A stretch of DNA of 64,000 bases. Origin: Blastocladiella emersonii ATCC 22665. Taxonomy: Eukaryota > Fungi > Blastocladiomycota. Location: NCBI GenBank assembly GCA_025594325.1, contig JANHCV010000002.1, positions 1,116,001 through 1,180,000 of the forward strand. The letters run 5' to 3'. A program made the position numbers and the translations under genes. Under the pieces are notes generated by a model, which was not told the origin of the DNA, did no database searches, and saw only the letters and a program-made list of their open reading frames with translations. Positions 32,999 to 44,051 of this stretch are shown here, piece by piece (within the stretch, counting starts at the first letter, position 1; each line of letters begins with the position of its first letter).

Positions 32999-34717
32999 AT
33001 GCATGACATAATGGACTTTCCCGATGAAATCTGGCTACTTACCATTGACTGCATGATTCATTCGGGCGAACGCCGCGGACCAGTTGCGTTGAGCGCAACG
33101 AGTCGCCGGTTCGCGAATCTCGCGCACCCCGCCTGCTTCCGCACCGTGCACATTGAGCTGGATACACTGCCGGGCCCAATGATTTTGGACGTTTTAACTG
33201 GCGTCCAAGTCAACGGTTCCGCTCTCAGCGCGTGGCCAAGATGGCTCCCGCTAGTTCGTGAGCTCAAGCTCTCGCGTTTACCCTCGGTCGGTGAGCCTGC
33301 CATTTGTGATTGGGTCTGGTCCAATGCAAAGATTGCTGCGCTCACCGCTTACTTGGCCCGCGTCAACACGATTAATTCACTCTGTATGCTCGCTTCCCGC
33401 CACCAACGATGGCCTCAAGCTAGCCTGCTCGAATCTCGCCCAGACCCTTACTCGCCTCCATCTCAAATCGGCGTTTGATACCGCGCTTGGTTTCGAGTCG
33501 GTAGCTCTACCGTCAGTCACATTTCCTTTCGATTGACCTCCTAAACCGACCACTTGTCGGGCTTCCACAAGTGCCCAAATGCCGCAACCTCTCGCTTTTG
33601 CTTTCATCCATCATGTCCCGAGTAGCCTATCAAATCCATGGAATGCACCACCTGCGATCGTTGCGAGTCATCGTTTGTGACTACTCGTCGCGCAACGAGT
33701 TTCATGCGGCGTTGTTTGCACCAGGTTTCCGCGCGCCATCGCTCATCACTTGCGACATCGTGTGTCCCGAAATCGAAGTGTTTGATCAGCTGGCCTCGAT
33801 GCCCCGCCTCACCACACTCACGGTCACGTCGCAATATCCTCACTTGGCCCACGACCGTCCAGTCCATTTCGTTGGCCTTGATGCTGCACTGCGAGCGGCT
33901 GCGAAATTTCCGTGCCTCCGCGCGTTCAAGGCGCTCTGTTCACACGATGCGACTCTACTGACGCATCTCCGCTGGTTGAGCGTTGCACCCACACTCACCT
34001 CGCTGGATCTCAACCGCGTAAGAACCGACATACGCGTCATTCTCGCAGCTTACCAAGCTTGTTTTTGACGTGAAGGGTCATCGTCCAACTATTTCTTAAG
34101 CCATGCTCCCTTCAGTTCGTACTCTTTGGACGCATCCCACTTCGGCCTCTCAGATCACAGGCAGCAGCTGGCCGTTGGTCACTCGCCTCCGCTTGCTCGG
34201 CATGTTGTGTTCGGTGCATCAGATTGACTTGCGCTCAGTCACGGCCGAGTTTCCAGCAGCTAGCTACCTTACGGTCAATTGGACCGAGCCGGCTTCCCCA
34301 AGGACCATTGCATCGCATGATCTACGCGCCCTTCCAGAGCTGACGGGCGGCAGCATCAGCATCAGCATCAACAAGCTCCACATCGCTTCAAATGGCCGCC
34401 GTGTCTCATGGTCCTACCCCACCGATCCGTCCGTTCCAGCCACGATTCGCTAGACACGCCACTCCTCGGCGCAGGTGCTGGACGAGATCGCAGACAAGGC
34501 GCCATCCACAAACTTGAGCGGCATGGTCATTCTCGAGATTGGTGAGGGTGGCGAGGCGCCTAATCTTGATGAAGCACCTGCTCTCGTCCGTCTCCTTGTC
34601 TAGTTTATGGGCGGCGACTCAACCGTGCGCGTCCGCGCATCAAATGAGCGCACCCTAGCAGCTTTCCAAGAGTGTGCGGCGGCGATGAGCGTACGCCTCC
34701 AGTGGAAGCTAGTGTGA
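32999..34717 (+). pseudogene. F-box-like/LRR array copy 3, frameshifted pseudogene
   Basis: Starts MHDIMDFPDEIWLLTIDCMI. Homology to copies 1 and 2 is split over at least 4 ORF pieces. TGG to TAG at 34451-34453 (IR*TRHSSAQV vs IRWTRRSSAQV), and TAG at 34601-34603. Confidence 0.8.
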
Positions 34718-34770
34718 TGTCGGCGTTTTGTGCCAGCAGCGTACACGAATTGAAAGGCCATCAACCGCCT

Positions 34771-35345
34771 CTCTCTCCCCAGCCTTGACGGCCTCTTTGG
34801 ATATAGATAGACCTTTCCGCTCATCCTCGAATCGATGTCCTCTGGTTTGCCTACGTTGATCTTGCGAGAGCGTTGTGGGTGAACATGTGGACCGTGCGTC
34901 GAGCAACAGGTCGAGCAACGGCATGAGGCGCGTCGAGAAAACACGTGAGGTGCGAGACACGTCGCATGAGACAGTTTGATCATTCATAGTCTGTGAGATT
35001 TTTCGTGGAACGCTTGCAAACCTTCGACTTGCAAATACTTTGCATGAAGGAGGCCATACGGTGAAATGTGAGCAAGTACCGCAGAGCGGGCCAAACGGGG
35101 CCGCTTTGCGTGTGGATCAGCAAGTGTCTCGCACCTCACGTGTTTTCGCGACGCGTCTTTCATGCCGTTGCTCGACGCGTGGTCCTTTGACGACGTGGCA
35201 TCGCTCCATGTCTCATCGCACGGGTATGATGCTTCATTTACAGCACTCTCGCGAGATTTACAATGGAAGCCCGAAAGACAACGATTCGATGGAGATTGGG
35301 AAAGGTCTATATTCAAAAAGGCCATCAAGGCCGAGGAGAGGAGGG
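34771..35345. repeat. Imperfect inverted repeat (fold-back) between convergent F-box pseudogene and PTR2 3' ends
   Basis: 34910-34960 is the near reverse complement of 35124-35176; the inner 24 nt GAAAACACGTGAGGTGCGAGACAC match exactly. Weaker similarity extends outward to about 34771 and 35345. Spacer is 163 nt. Confidence 0.8.
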
Positions 35346-35372
35346 AGAGGAGAGATCTACGCGACACCCGAC

Positions 35373-37459
35373 TTACTGCGCGCGGTAGCGGAAGCCACGC
35401 GCGTACAGGATAAAGTAGACGTTGGCGGCGAACGCGACGGCCGAGTAGAAGTAGTACTTGGCGGGCTTGGTGCCCAGGGGGCCGACGGCCCACTCGGCCT
35501 CGCCAGCAATCTCCTCGAAGACCACAATGATGAAGTTGCCGAGCGCGACCGTGACGAGCCAGAACGAGGCGGCGAACGCCTTGAGCGACTTGGACACCTC
35601 CGTGTACGCAAACTCGTTGCCCGTGGGCGAGAAGAGGGCCTCGCCGAGCGAGAGCATGAACCACTGGGGCAGCTGCCACGCGCCGTGCACGCACGTCGAG
35701 CAGTCCTCCTTGCTGCGGACGATCTGGATGCCGTCGTCGTTGACCTCGCCGTTGAAGTTGTTGATGACGATGCCCTGGAGGAAGCCGCTCATGACGAACG
35801 AGAAGGCAACGAGGAAGAAGCCGAGTCCCATGCGGCGGAGCGGGGTGACCTTGACGCCGGCGCGCTCGACGGCGGGGTACACGTAGGTCGACATAATGAA
35901 GACGAGGGGCACAATCAGGACTAGGGGAGGGCAGCGAGAGCGGAGAGGTGTGTCAGCGACCTGTAGCAGCGAGAGGGTTGGGTCGGAACGCACCAGGGTT
36001 GATGAACGAGTTCCACAGCTCGTTGCTGATGTAGAGACCGCCAAAGTACTGGTGCATGCGGTCGTACTGCATGTTCCACTCGGTCGACTGCTGGTCGTAC
36101 TGCGAAATCGGGTCGGGAGGGGGTTCGGGGGTCAGTCCTGGTTCGGTCCCGGGTCGGTCGGCAATCGGTTTCTCGACGAAATACGCACCACCATCCACAC
36201 GAAAGGCATAGGAATGATAGCGCCAACCATGCGCACGAACTCTCCGACCTCCGTGGCGAAGGTCTCGCCGTAGCGGGCCTTGCCGAGGGTGAAGAACGAC
36301 TTGCCAGCCTCGGGGCGCTTGCCCGAGATGCGAGCGGCAATGGCGTCGAAGATCACGAGGACCATCTTGCCGGGCACAAACTCGCCGACGGGGGGAACGA
36401 CACGGTAGTAGCGCTCGCCTAGAAATTTGGGGAAGGTGAGGGTGGAAGCGAGGTGAGCTCAAGCCCGAACGCGTCGCGTCGCGTCGCGAACGTGAGACTG
36501 ACGTCACGTACCGTAGATGAAGACCGCCATGGCAATGGCGAAGACGACCGTGGGGGCAAGGAACCCGCCAAAGTAGCACACGGGAACACCGGGCTTGGTG
36601 GGGTCGGCCGACTTGATCACGTCGCCGAAGCACGACATGTCCTTGAGGGTCGACACGATCGGACCAGCGAGGGTCGCGCCCAGATTGATGGCGACGTAGA
36701 AGTAGGCGAAGAAACGACGGATGGCATCGGCCTGGACGCGCAGGAACTGGTCACCACCGTGGGGACCTGAAAGGAGAGTGGATGTGAGCGTCAGTGTTCC
36801 CGTTCGATGCGTTGGTCGCGAGGTGCGAGAAGACCGTACCGACACAGGGCTTGATACCACCGGTACCAACGGCGATCATGTAGAGGCCGACGGTGACGGT
36901 GCCGACCGAGCGGAAGGCGGGGATGGAGGTGAGGACCATGACAGCGTTGCCGAGCACGTAGAGGATCGACAGGTAGACGATCGTCTTGTACTTGCCGAGG
37001 AACGAGTCGGAGAGCGCGGCGCCGAAGAGGGGCGCGAAGTAGGTGACCATGGTCCAGGCGTGCATCATGATCTTGGCGTCGACGGCCTTGAGGCCGAGGA
37101 ACTGCAGGTAGCGCTGCAGCAGCGGCTTGATGCCATAGTAGCAGAAGCGCTCGCCGAACTCGTTGGGCAGAATGTAGTAGATGGCGCGCGGGAAGGCGTG
37201 CGGGTTCTTGGCGATGCGCGCGTCGAGGTCGGCGTTGAGGCGGCGCTCCTTCTCGCGCACGGCGATCTCCTTCTCGGTGAGGCCCGTGAAGTCGTACTCG
37301 GCCTAGAAGCGGGGGGCGAAGGCGAGGATGGCGATCAGTTCGTGATCCACTGGTCGCGTCGCTAGCGCGAGGGCAACGTACACCGATCAGGTCCTCGGGC
37401 TTGCCCGAGTTGAGGATGGTGTCGAGCTCGACGGCGGACTCGGGTTTGCTGACGGGCAT
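35373..37459 (-). CDS. PTR2: POT/PTR family proton-dependent oligopeptide transporter; 5 introns
   Basis: ExxERFxYY motif NEFGERFCYYG, plus GTGGIKPCV|SPHGGDQF, FFAYFYVAINLG, YDQQSTEW, WQLPQWFMLSLGEALFSPTGNEFAYTE. Confidence 0.95.
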
Positions 37460-38720
37460 GGTGGTGGTGGTGGTCGGGTTGGGGGTCGAGTTCGGGTGAA
37501 GGTAGGCGGGCAGCGGTGGTATGGGGGAACGCTGGAGGGCTGCCGGCTGTCGCTTCAAGCGAATCGTGGTATAGGAACACAGCGGAGGAGGGAGGGCCGG
37601 GGGGATCCGCTCCCTTTTGTACGACGAGGCCCGCAGCGCGACCACCAACGTCGCGGGAGCCAGCTGACCCTAGAGCCGTGACACGGACGCGACGCCAGCT
37701 GGCGTACGAGTGACGGAAGGTCATCCATCCAGTGGATAGATCATGGGACAAGCAAACGCTGTGCCGAAATGATAGGGGTATCATGTGAGCGCATTTGCAG
37801 CGGGGTCCGCGACGCCGTCACCGTGGCGGTGGCTGTGGCGCTTCCCCGCTGTGGCGCCATCTCGGTTTCGCCTTCGGTCCGCGCTGCACTTCCGGCAACG
37901 CGGGCCATCAAAGTGTGATGAGCGGGACCTTGTCCGCCGCGGCTGGGAACGCCGGCCACCGCCTCGGGCTATGGAGCGAGTCAGCCGGCCATCGTGGGCC
38001 ATGGCCGACGCCGTTCGTGGCCACCGTGGCCGCGAGGTTCTGACCGTGGATCCCGCGCGCTCAGCGTCCCAAGTTCGGAGTTACGGCCGGGAACACCGCG
38101 GCCATGTCCTTCGCGCGCACGCGCAAGGCGGGCCAGGGAGAATTCATAGGCCAGCTTGCCCCACGCGACCCGCGGCCGCGCGATTGGATAGGAAACCTGA
38201 TCTAGTCACTCGATAAAACCATCACGCGACGAGCGGATGGCGCGGGGAAACGGCCGGGAAGCTAGGCCACGCTGAAGCTCGTTAGCGGCCACGGCGGCTG
38301 CCGCCACCGCCGCCGCCGCCGCTATGGTCGCGAGGCCGCCGGCTCCGCGGGACGCGTCTTGTTCGCGCCCTCGCTCTCATGGCGAGCTCGCTGCAGCGGT
38401 CCTCAGCAGGAGCAGACAGGGCCGACGTGATCGCGATCGGAGGCGGATCTCGACCGGCACGAGCGGGTGCGCGCTCTCGCGTGACGAGGGCGCGGCCGTG
38501 TCTCCCACCGGCCGCGAGACACATCCGAACATTGCGCGGCGAACGAGCGAGTTCTGTCCGCCCTCTCTCGCTCACCCACACCCGCTACGAATCAAACCCG
38601 TCGCGCTCTCGACACCTCATGCAGTGTGATCTCTGAGGCACGCGCTCTCCGCTGCTGTGCCTTGCCCGTCTCCGGCAGCGGGCCTCGTCGCGGCCGCGAC
38701 CGCGCTCGCGACGCGACGGA

Positions 38721-38794
38721 CTTCGTGTGCCCGAGGGCCACGACTTGAAAACCCGGCGCGCCGCCCGACGCAGGTTCGATTCCCGCCGCACTCG
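38721..38794 (+). pseudogene. Degenerate tRNA-Ser(UGA)-like sequence (tRNA relic or SINE-head-like)
   Basis: TGCCCGAG (truncated A-box) ... ACTTGAAA (anticodon-loop-like) ... long variable region ... CGCAGGTTCGATTCCCGCCG (B-box/T-arm). D-loop GG is missing, and anticodon and acceptor stems pair poorly. Confidence 0.35.
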
Positions 38795-39364
38795 CTGGCA
38801 CCGCCATCATGTCGCGTCGCGCCGTGGCGGAAGGAAGACGGAGGCGGCGGCGGCGGCGACGGCCGCGCCAACGAGGCGAATTTTCCGTGCCGCGACAGCC
38901 GAACCTCCGCTTTGAGTTCCTTGGGAAGGGAGAGGGGTGAAAAAAAAGTCAAGCGCAGGCAGCTGGCGCCGTGGGGCGGGCTGAGGCCAGGGCTGAGAAG
39001 CCTTGGCGAGCTGCCCAGCCCGCACGCCCGCCGCCGCCGCCCTCCCTCCTCTCACCCTCGAATACTGCGCTACTACAGCACCTCTACTCCGTGTTCATCT
39101 GCCCTGCTCTGCATCTGCCGCTGCAACCCGTTGTCTGCGTGTGTATGTTGCGTGTGCTGCTGCAGTGGGCCGCGTCGTCGCCATCCACCCCACCAACACC
39201 CCCCTCCCCCTCGCGAATTGCAATGTGATCAACTTCAGCTTCTCTCCGCGTGGTCATTGACCGCCGCCCTACGCGTCGTGTGCCGCGTGTAGTTTTTGGA
39301 CTTGACCCGCCCCGAGGCCCTCGCGCTCCCTCTCCCCCCTCCCCCACTCCTCCACCCTCCCGGC

Positions 39365-41787
39365 ATGGCGCCACCCAACATCACCCCGTCGGCCACGGCC
39401 ACGGCGCACCGCCACGCGTCCGTGGCCACCCGCCGCGCCGCTGCCGCCAGCACCGACCTGCCCGCCGACGACCTGGCCGCCGCCGCCCCAACAGCGCCGT
39501 ACAAGCGCGACCGCTCGCGCATCTGGCACTGGGCCGACATCAAGGACGCCGTCGAGGTGCACGGCCGCATCGTCTTCGTCTACAAGACGAGCGTCTACGA
39601 CGCGACTGCCTGGTGCGTCCTGCTGCTCCTCGCTGACACCTTATCGTTCCCATCGTGCCGCCCTCGGCCGCCGCCGCGCCGCCGCCACTCGCCCGAATTC
39701 GCGTCGCCGCCACGACGACGCCCGTCCGCCCGACCCGCCACGGCTTCCTCGTTAGTCCGTGAGCGAGCCCATGGTTCGCGCAAGGATGCATGGGGGCGCC
39801 GCGACGCGCTCGTCGTGGGTCGCTATTTTGGGCGCCGCTCGCTCGCGTCCACGTTCGGTGGTCGCTGGCCCGCCGTGGCGGCGGCTCGGGTCGCCACACT
39901 CTATTGCCCACCCGGCTCCCGGCTGGCCTTGGTCCCCGTGCGGCCGGCGCGGTTGGTCCTGCATGGGGCACCTCCACGGCTTCGACCCGATGCCCCTCGG
40001 CGCCGATCACCTCGCCGCGCGATGACCGCTGGCCGGAGCCGTGGGGCCGAGCCTTCCGGAACCCGCCAACCCCCACCTCGCCTCGCTCGCTCGCGTGCAC
40101 GCGAGTGGCAGACGACTGACGCCCGCCTGCCGCCATCGCCGTCTAGGTCCAAGACGCACCCCGGTGGCGAGATGGCCATGCGCCACTTCAACGGCAAGGA
40201 CGTGACCGACATCATCCGCGTCTTCCACTCGCCCACCACCGTCAAGACCAAGCTGCCCAACTTCCTCGCCGGCCACCTGCACCCGGACGCGGCCGCCACC
40301 ACCACCGTGGCCCCGCTGATCCTCGACCCAACACTCTACCCCGACGAGGCCACCTACGATGCCTCGCCGCTCAAGCCCATCATGGACCACCCGGAGCTCG
40401 CGCCCCGCGGCAACGTCGTGCACACGCTCGACCACCCCGAGGGCGTCCCCGTCGAGAGCAAGGCCTTCATGCTGCACACGGAGCGCGTCGTGAGCGCGTA
40501 CCGCGCCCTCGACCAGAAGCTGCGCGACATGGACCTGTACACGACCGACATGTCGCTGTACTGGCTCAACCTCGCCAAGTTCGTCGTCATGCTCGGCAGC
40601 GTCTTCGCGTCCGTGACCCAGGTCATCGCCCCCGCGCTCCAGGGCCAGCTCGACCTCGCGCCCTGGGCCCTGTGGACCACGACCGTCGCCACCGCCGTCA
40701 TGCTCGGCATGTTCTGGCACCAGATCGCCTTCGTCGCCCACGACGCCGGCCACATCTCCATCACGGGCCGCTACAACGTCGACTGGACCATCGGGTTCCT
40801 CCTCGGCAACGTGTTTGGCGGGATTGGGTATGTTGATCGCGTCGACGTGGTCGCCGGCTGCCGTGCCATCGTGGATCGTCACTAACTCTCCCCCGCGCGT
40901 TCGCGTCTCGTCCATGAAACTCTCAGTATCGGGTACGTCTCGTGCAAACTCTCACTCCCTCCGAGTCTCCATCATCGACTGACCACTTCGTCTCCTCGCC
41001 GCCGTCCCGCAGATGGTGGAAGTCTAGCCACTCGACGCACCACCTCGTCACCAACCACCCCGAGCACGACCCCGACATCCAGCACCTGCCCTTCTTCGCC
41101 ATGACGCCGCTCTTCTTCCAGAACCTGTGGTCGTCGTTCCACCACCGGTTCATGGCCTTCGACGCCGCGTCGCGCATCTTCGTGCGGTTCCAGCACATCC
41201 TCTTCTACCCGGTCATGATGGTGGCGCGGTTCAACCTGTACGCGCAGTCGTACATCTTCCTGCTCACCAACAACGACACGAACCGCAGCACCAAGCTCGA
41301 GTTTGCGGGCCTCTGCGTGTTCTGGGTGTGGCTGACGTACCTGCTGTCGTTCCTGGCGGCGCGCCCGGCGGTCCTCGTCACCTTCGTGCTCATTTCGCAC
41401 GCCGTCACGTTCCTGCTGCACCTGCAGATCACGCTGTCGCACTTTGCCATGAACGTGCACGAGGTGTCGCCGAGCGAGTCGTTCCCGTCGCGCCAGCTGC
41501 GCACCACCATGGACGTGGACTGCCCGACGTGGCTCGACTGGTTCCACGGCGGGCTCCAGTTCCAGGCCGTGCACCACCTGTTCCCGCGCCTGCCGCGCAC
41601 CTCGTTCCGCGCCGCGCGCCCGCTCGTCGAGCAGTTTGCCCGCGACACGGGGCTCAAGTACCACCTCGTGCCCTTCATCGAGGGCAACGGCATGGTGCTG
41701 TCCAACTTCAAGGAGGTCGCCCGCCAGGTCAAGATCGTGTTCCGCCACCTCCCCGAGGACGCGGCCGCCGCGCTCAAGGACCAGTAA
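39365..41787 (+). CDS. SLD: Cytochrome b5-fused front-end desaturase, most like sphingolipid delta-8 desaturase; introns 39613-40146, 40828-40926, 40933-41012
   Basis: HPGG haem motif, His boxes QIAFVAHDAGH, WWKSSHSTHH and GGLQFQAVHHLFPRLP, plus HPEHDPDIQHLPFFA. Confidence 0.88.
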
Positions 41788-42435
41788 ATGGCGTGAGCTG
41801 ACCGACTTGCAGCAGACTTGGGTCCGATCCTGGCCCCAGACTACCCTTCTCGCTCTTCCCCCTCACCTCACCCCACTCTCCCTCCCTCCCTCTGCCTAGC
41901 TAGTTTTGCAGCGCGGTCCTCCTCTTTTGTCGCCCCGTTTTGTTTCCCTCCACTCGCGCTCCCTCTCCCCTTCCTCACCTCAATGTGTACCTTCCCTTGA
42001 TTAGACTGCTTTTGAAGCACACTCAAACCCTTGTCCCTGCAGTCGTGTACCTCGTTCCTTCCGTCCCTGACGCGTTGATCAAGTCTCGCCCGCGCGATTG
42101 GGCACGAAACTGCGAGACAAGCGGGCTGTAGGATCCCTTGAGGCTCAGTGCACTCTCATGAGCATTGCGTTGCATTCAAACCGGGTTGCGAACTTTGAAG
42201 CAGTCGGGCGCGTCGCTGCTCGGCTGGGCGTGGTCAGTTCCCTTGGCGTGGTGGCGCGGCGCGACCTGGCGAAGGTCGGCGTGGTGGCGCAGCGCCTCGC
42301 TGATCAGTGACTCCCAGTTTTGCCACATTAATGCAGGCGCCGCCGCTTCGGCGATCCTCTCTCTCCCGAGCAATAAAGACCTGCGCGGCCCGCGACCGCC
42401 ATGGCACCATTTAACCTACCGCACTCCTGCCGCCC

Positions 42436-43690
42436 ATGTACAACGCCATCATGACCGTCGTCGACACGCTCCTGGGCGAGGTTCCGACGCCGCCCAAGAC
42501 CCACGCGCAGCAGTTCGACGACGGCGAGCCGATCGAGCTCCCCGCCGCGCTCGTCGGCTCGCTTACCTTCGAGCAGGGCGGCCCGCCGCGCACGGCCCGT
42601 GCCTTCGCCGCCTGGGCGAGCTCGAACCTCGCGCTGCTCCCCGTGCGCTCGGGCCCGTTCCATGACCTCGCCGTGCGCGTCCCGGGTCGCGTCTTCCGCG
42701 ATGTGGTCAATGAGCGCTTCGTGCTCGTGCGCAAGGACGGCAGCCTGACGTACGTTTCCTCTTGCGCATTTATCCGACGCGCCGACACGGTGTGCTGACT
42801 CGACTCACTCGCGACACAGGTACTACTGCTGGCTCGGCCTCGTCGAGAACTGCCGCGGCGGCGGCTGCTACGACCCGTGCGCCAAGCTGCCCGTGCCTGT
42901 TGGCACGGCGAGCTTCCAGAACGACCCCGACTACGCCGACTTCCAGCACCTGCTTGGCAAGGACCCGCGCGAGCTCATGTACTGGTTCCTCGTCAGCGAG
43001 CGCGCGTTCACGGAGCTGTACCCGCCCCGCCACGCGTACTTGGCGCTCGGCAAGCACGTCCTCGACCTCGAACGCATGGCGATCCGCGTCATCGTCCAGG
43101 GCGAGTCGGACCTCGAGCTCGCCAGCGACATGGTCTTCTGCCTCGCCCACCAGCTCAACTTGGCGGACGGTGCGCCGCACGCCGGCGCGTGCGAGGAGAC
43201 CGAGCAGTGGTCGATGCTGGGCTCCGTGTTCCCCGATCTCGTCACGGTGCTGCTCAAGCGGAACGCGGCGACAACGATGCTCGTGCGCAGCGCGCAGAAC
43301 CTGCCCACCTCGGACCTCGACGCGCACCCGGACCTGCCGACCGACCTCGCCGCCGACGCCAACGGGTGCGTGTTTGTCGTGTACGACGACTACTGCCGCT
43401 CCGAGCTGTTCATCTACTGCCACATCCCGGGCGCGAACGGCCGCCCGATCAAGTTCTGCCGCAACTCGCGCATGCCGGCCTTTTTCTGCGCGTGCTGCGC
43501 GCCTCCCTGTGGCGATCTCGGCCACCGCAAGTGGCTCTGCCCGCGCTGTCGGTCCGGCAACTCGTCGGTCGAGGAGATAATGACCTGGAACCAGTACGCG
43601 ATGCACGTAAACGTCAAGAGCGTGCTGCAGCGTCGTATCATGGAGGCTACTGCCGCGATGGGCGCGACTGGTCCGACCATCGTCGTCTGA
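42436..43690 (+). CDS. Hypothetical Cys/His-rich protein (putative zinc-binding); intron 42750-42819
   Basis: Splicing joins KDGSLT|YYCWLGLVENC. C-terminal cluster FCACCAPPCGDLGHRKWLCPRC. The true start is uncertain. Confidence 0.65.
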
Positions 43691-44051
43691 CCGATTCCGT
43701 GGTGCGGAGTCTCGGTGGGCCAAAGGCCACGCCGACCAAGAACCGCGGCGCGCAGGAGCTTCTCCCCCTCGTCTGTCGTTCTGTACTCAATACCACCACC
43801 CGATTTCTTTTGCATCGCTGTCTCCGCTCCACTTCTCTTGCGCACGTTTACGTTCCTTTGTTGTTTCAGGTCGTGCGCGCGAGCTGTGTTCCGAGTGGCA
43901 GACGCGAAGTCGCGAGATGAGAGACGCGCCGCGAAAACACGTGGGCCGCGAGACAACTTCTTATCAGCTCACCTTGACCTCGTCCCGTCACACAATCGCA
44001 TATGGAAGCATAAAATAATCTATAATACAAAGAGCGCTACGATTCAACCAC

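Noticed and set aside
38741-38750. Possible selenocysteine tRNA
   Set aside because: The loop reads CTTGAAA (anticodon TGA, Ser), not CTTCAAA, and the stems do not fit tRNA-Sec.
18378-41787. PAQR (ceramidase-like) and sphingolipid desaturase as a lipid gene cluster
   Set aside because: They are 20 kb apart with many unrelated genes between them; chance proximity is sufficient.
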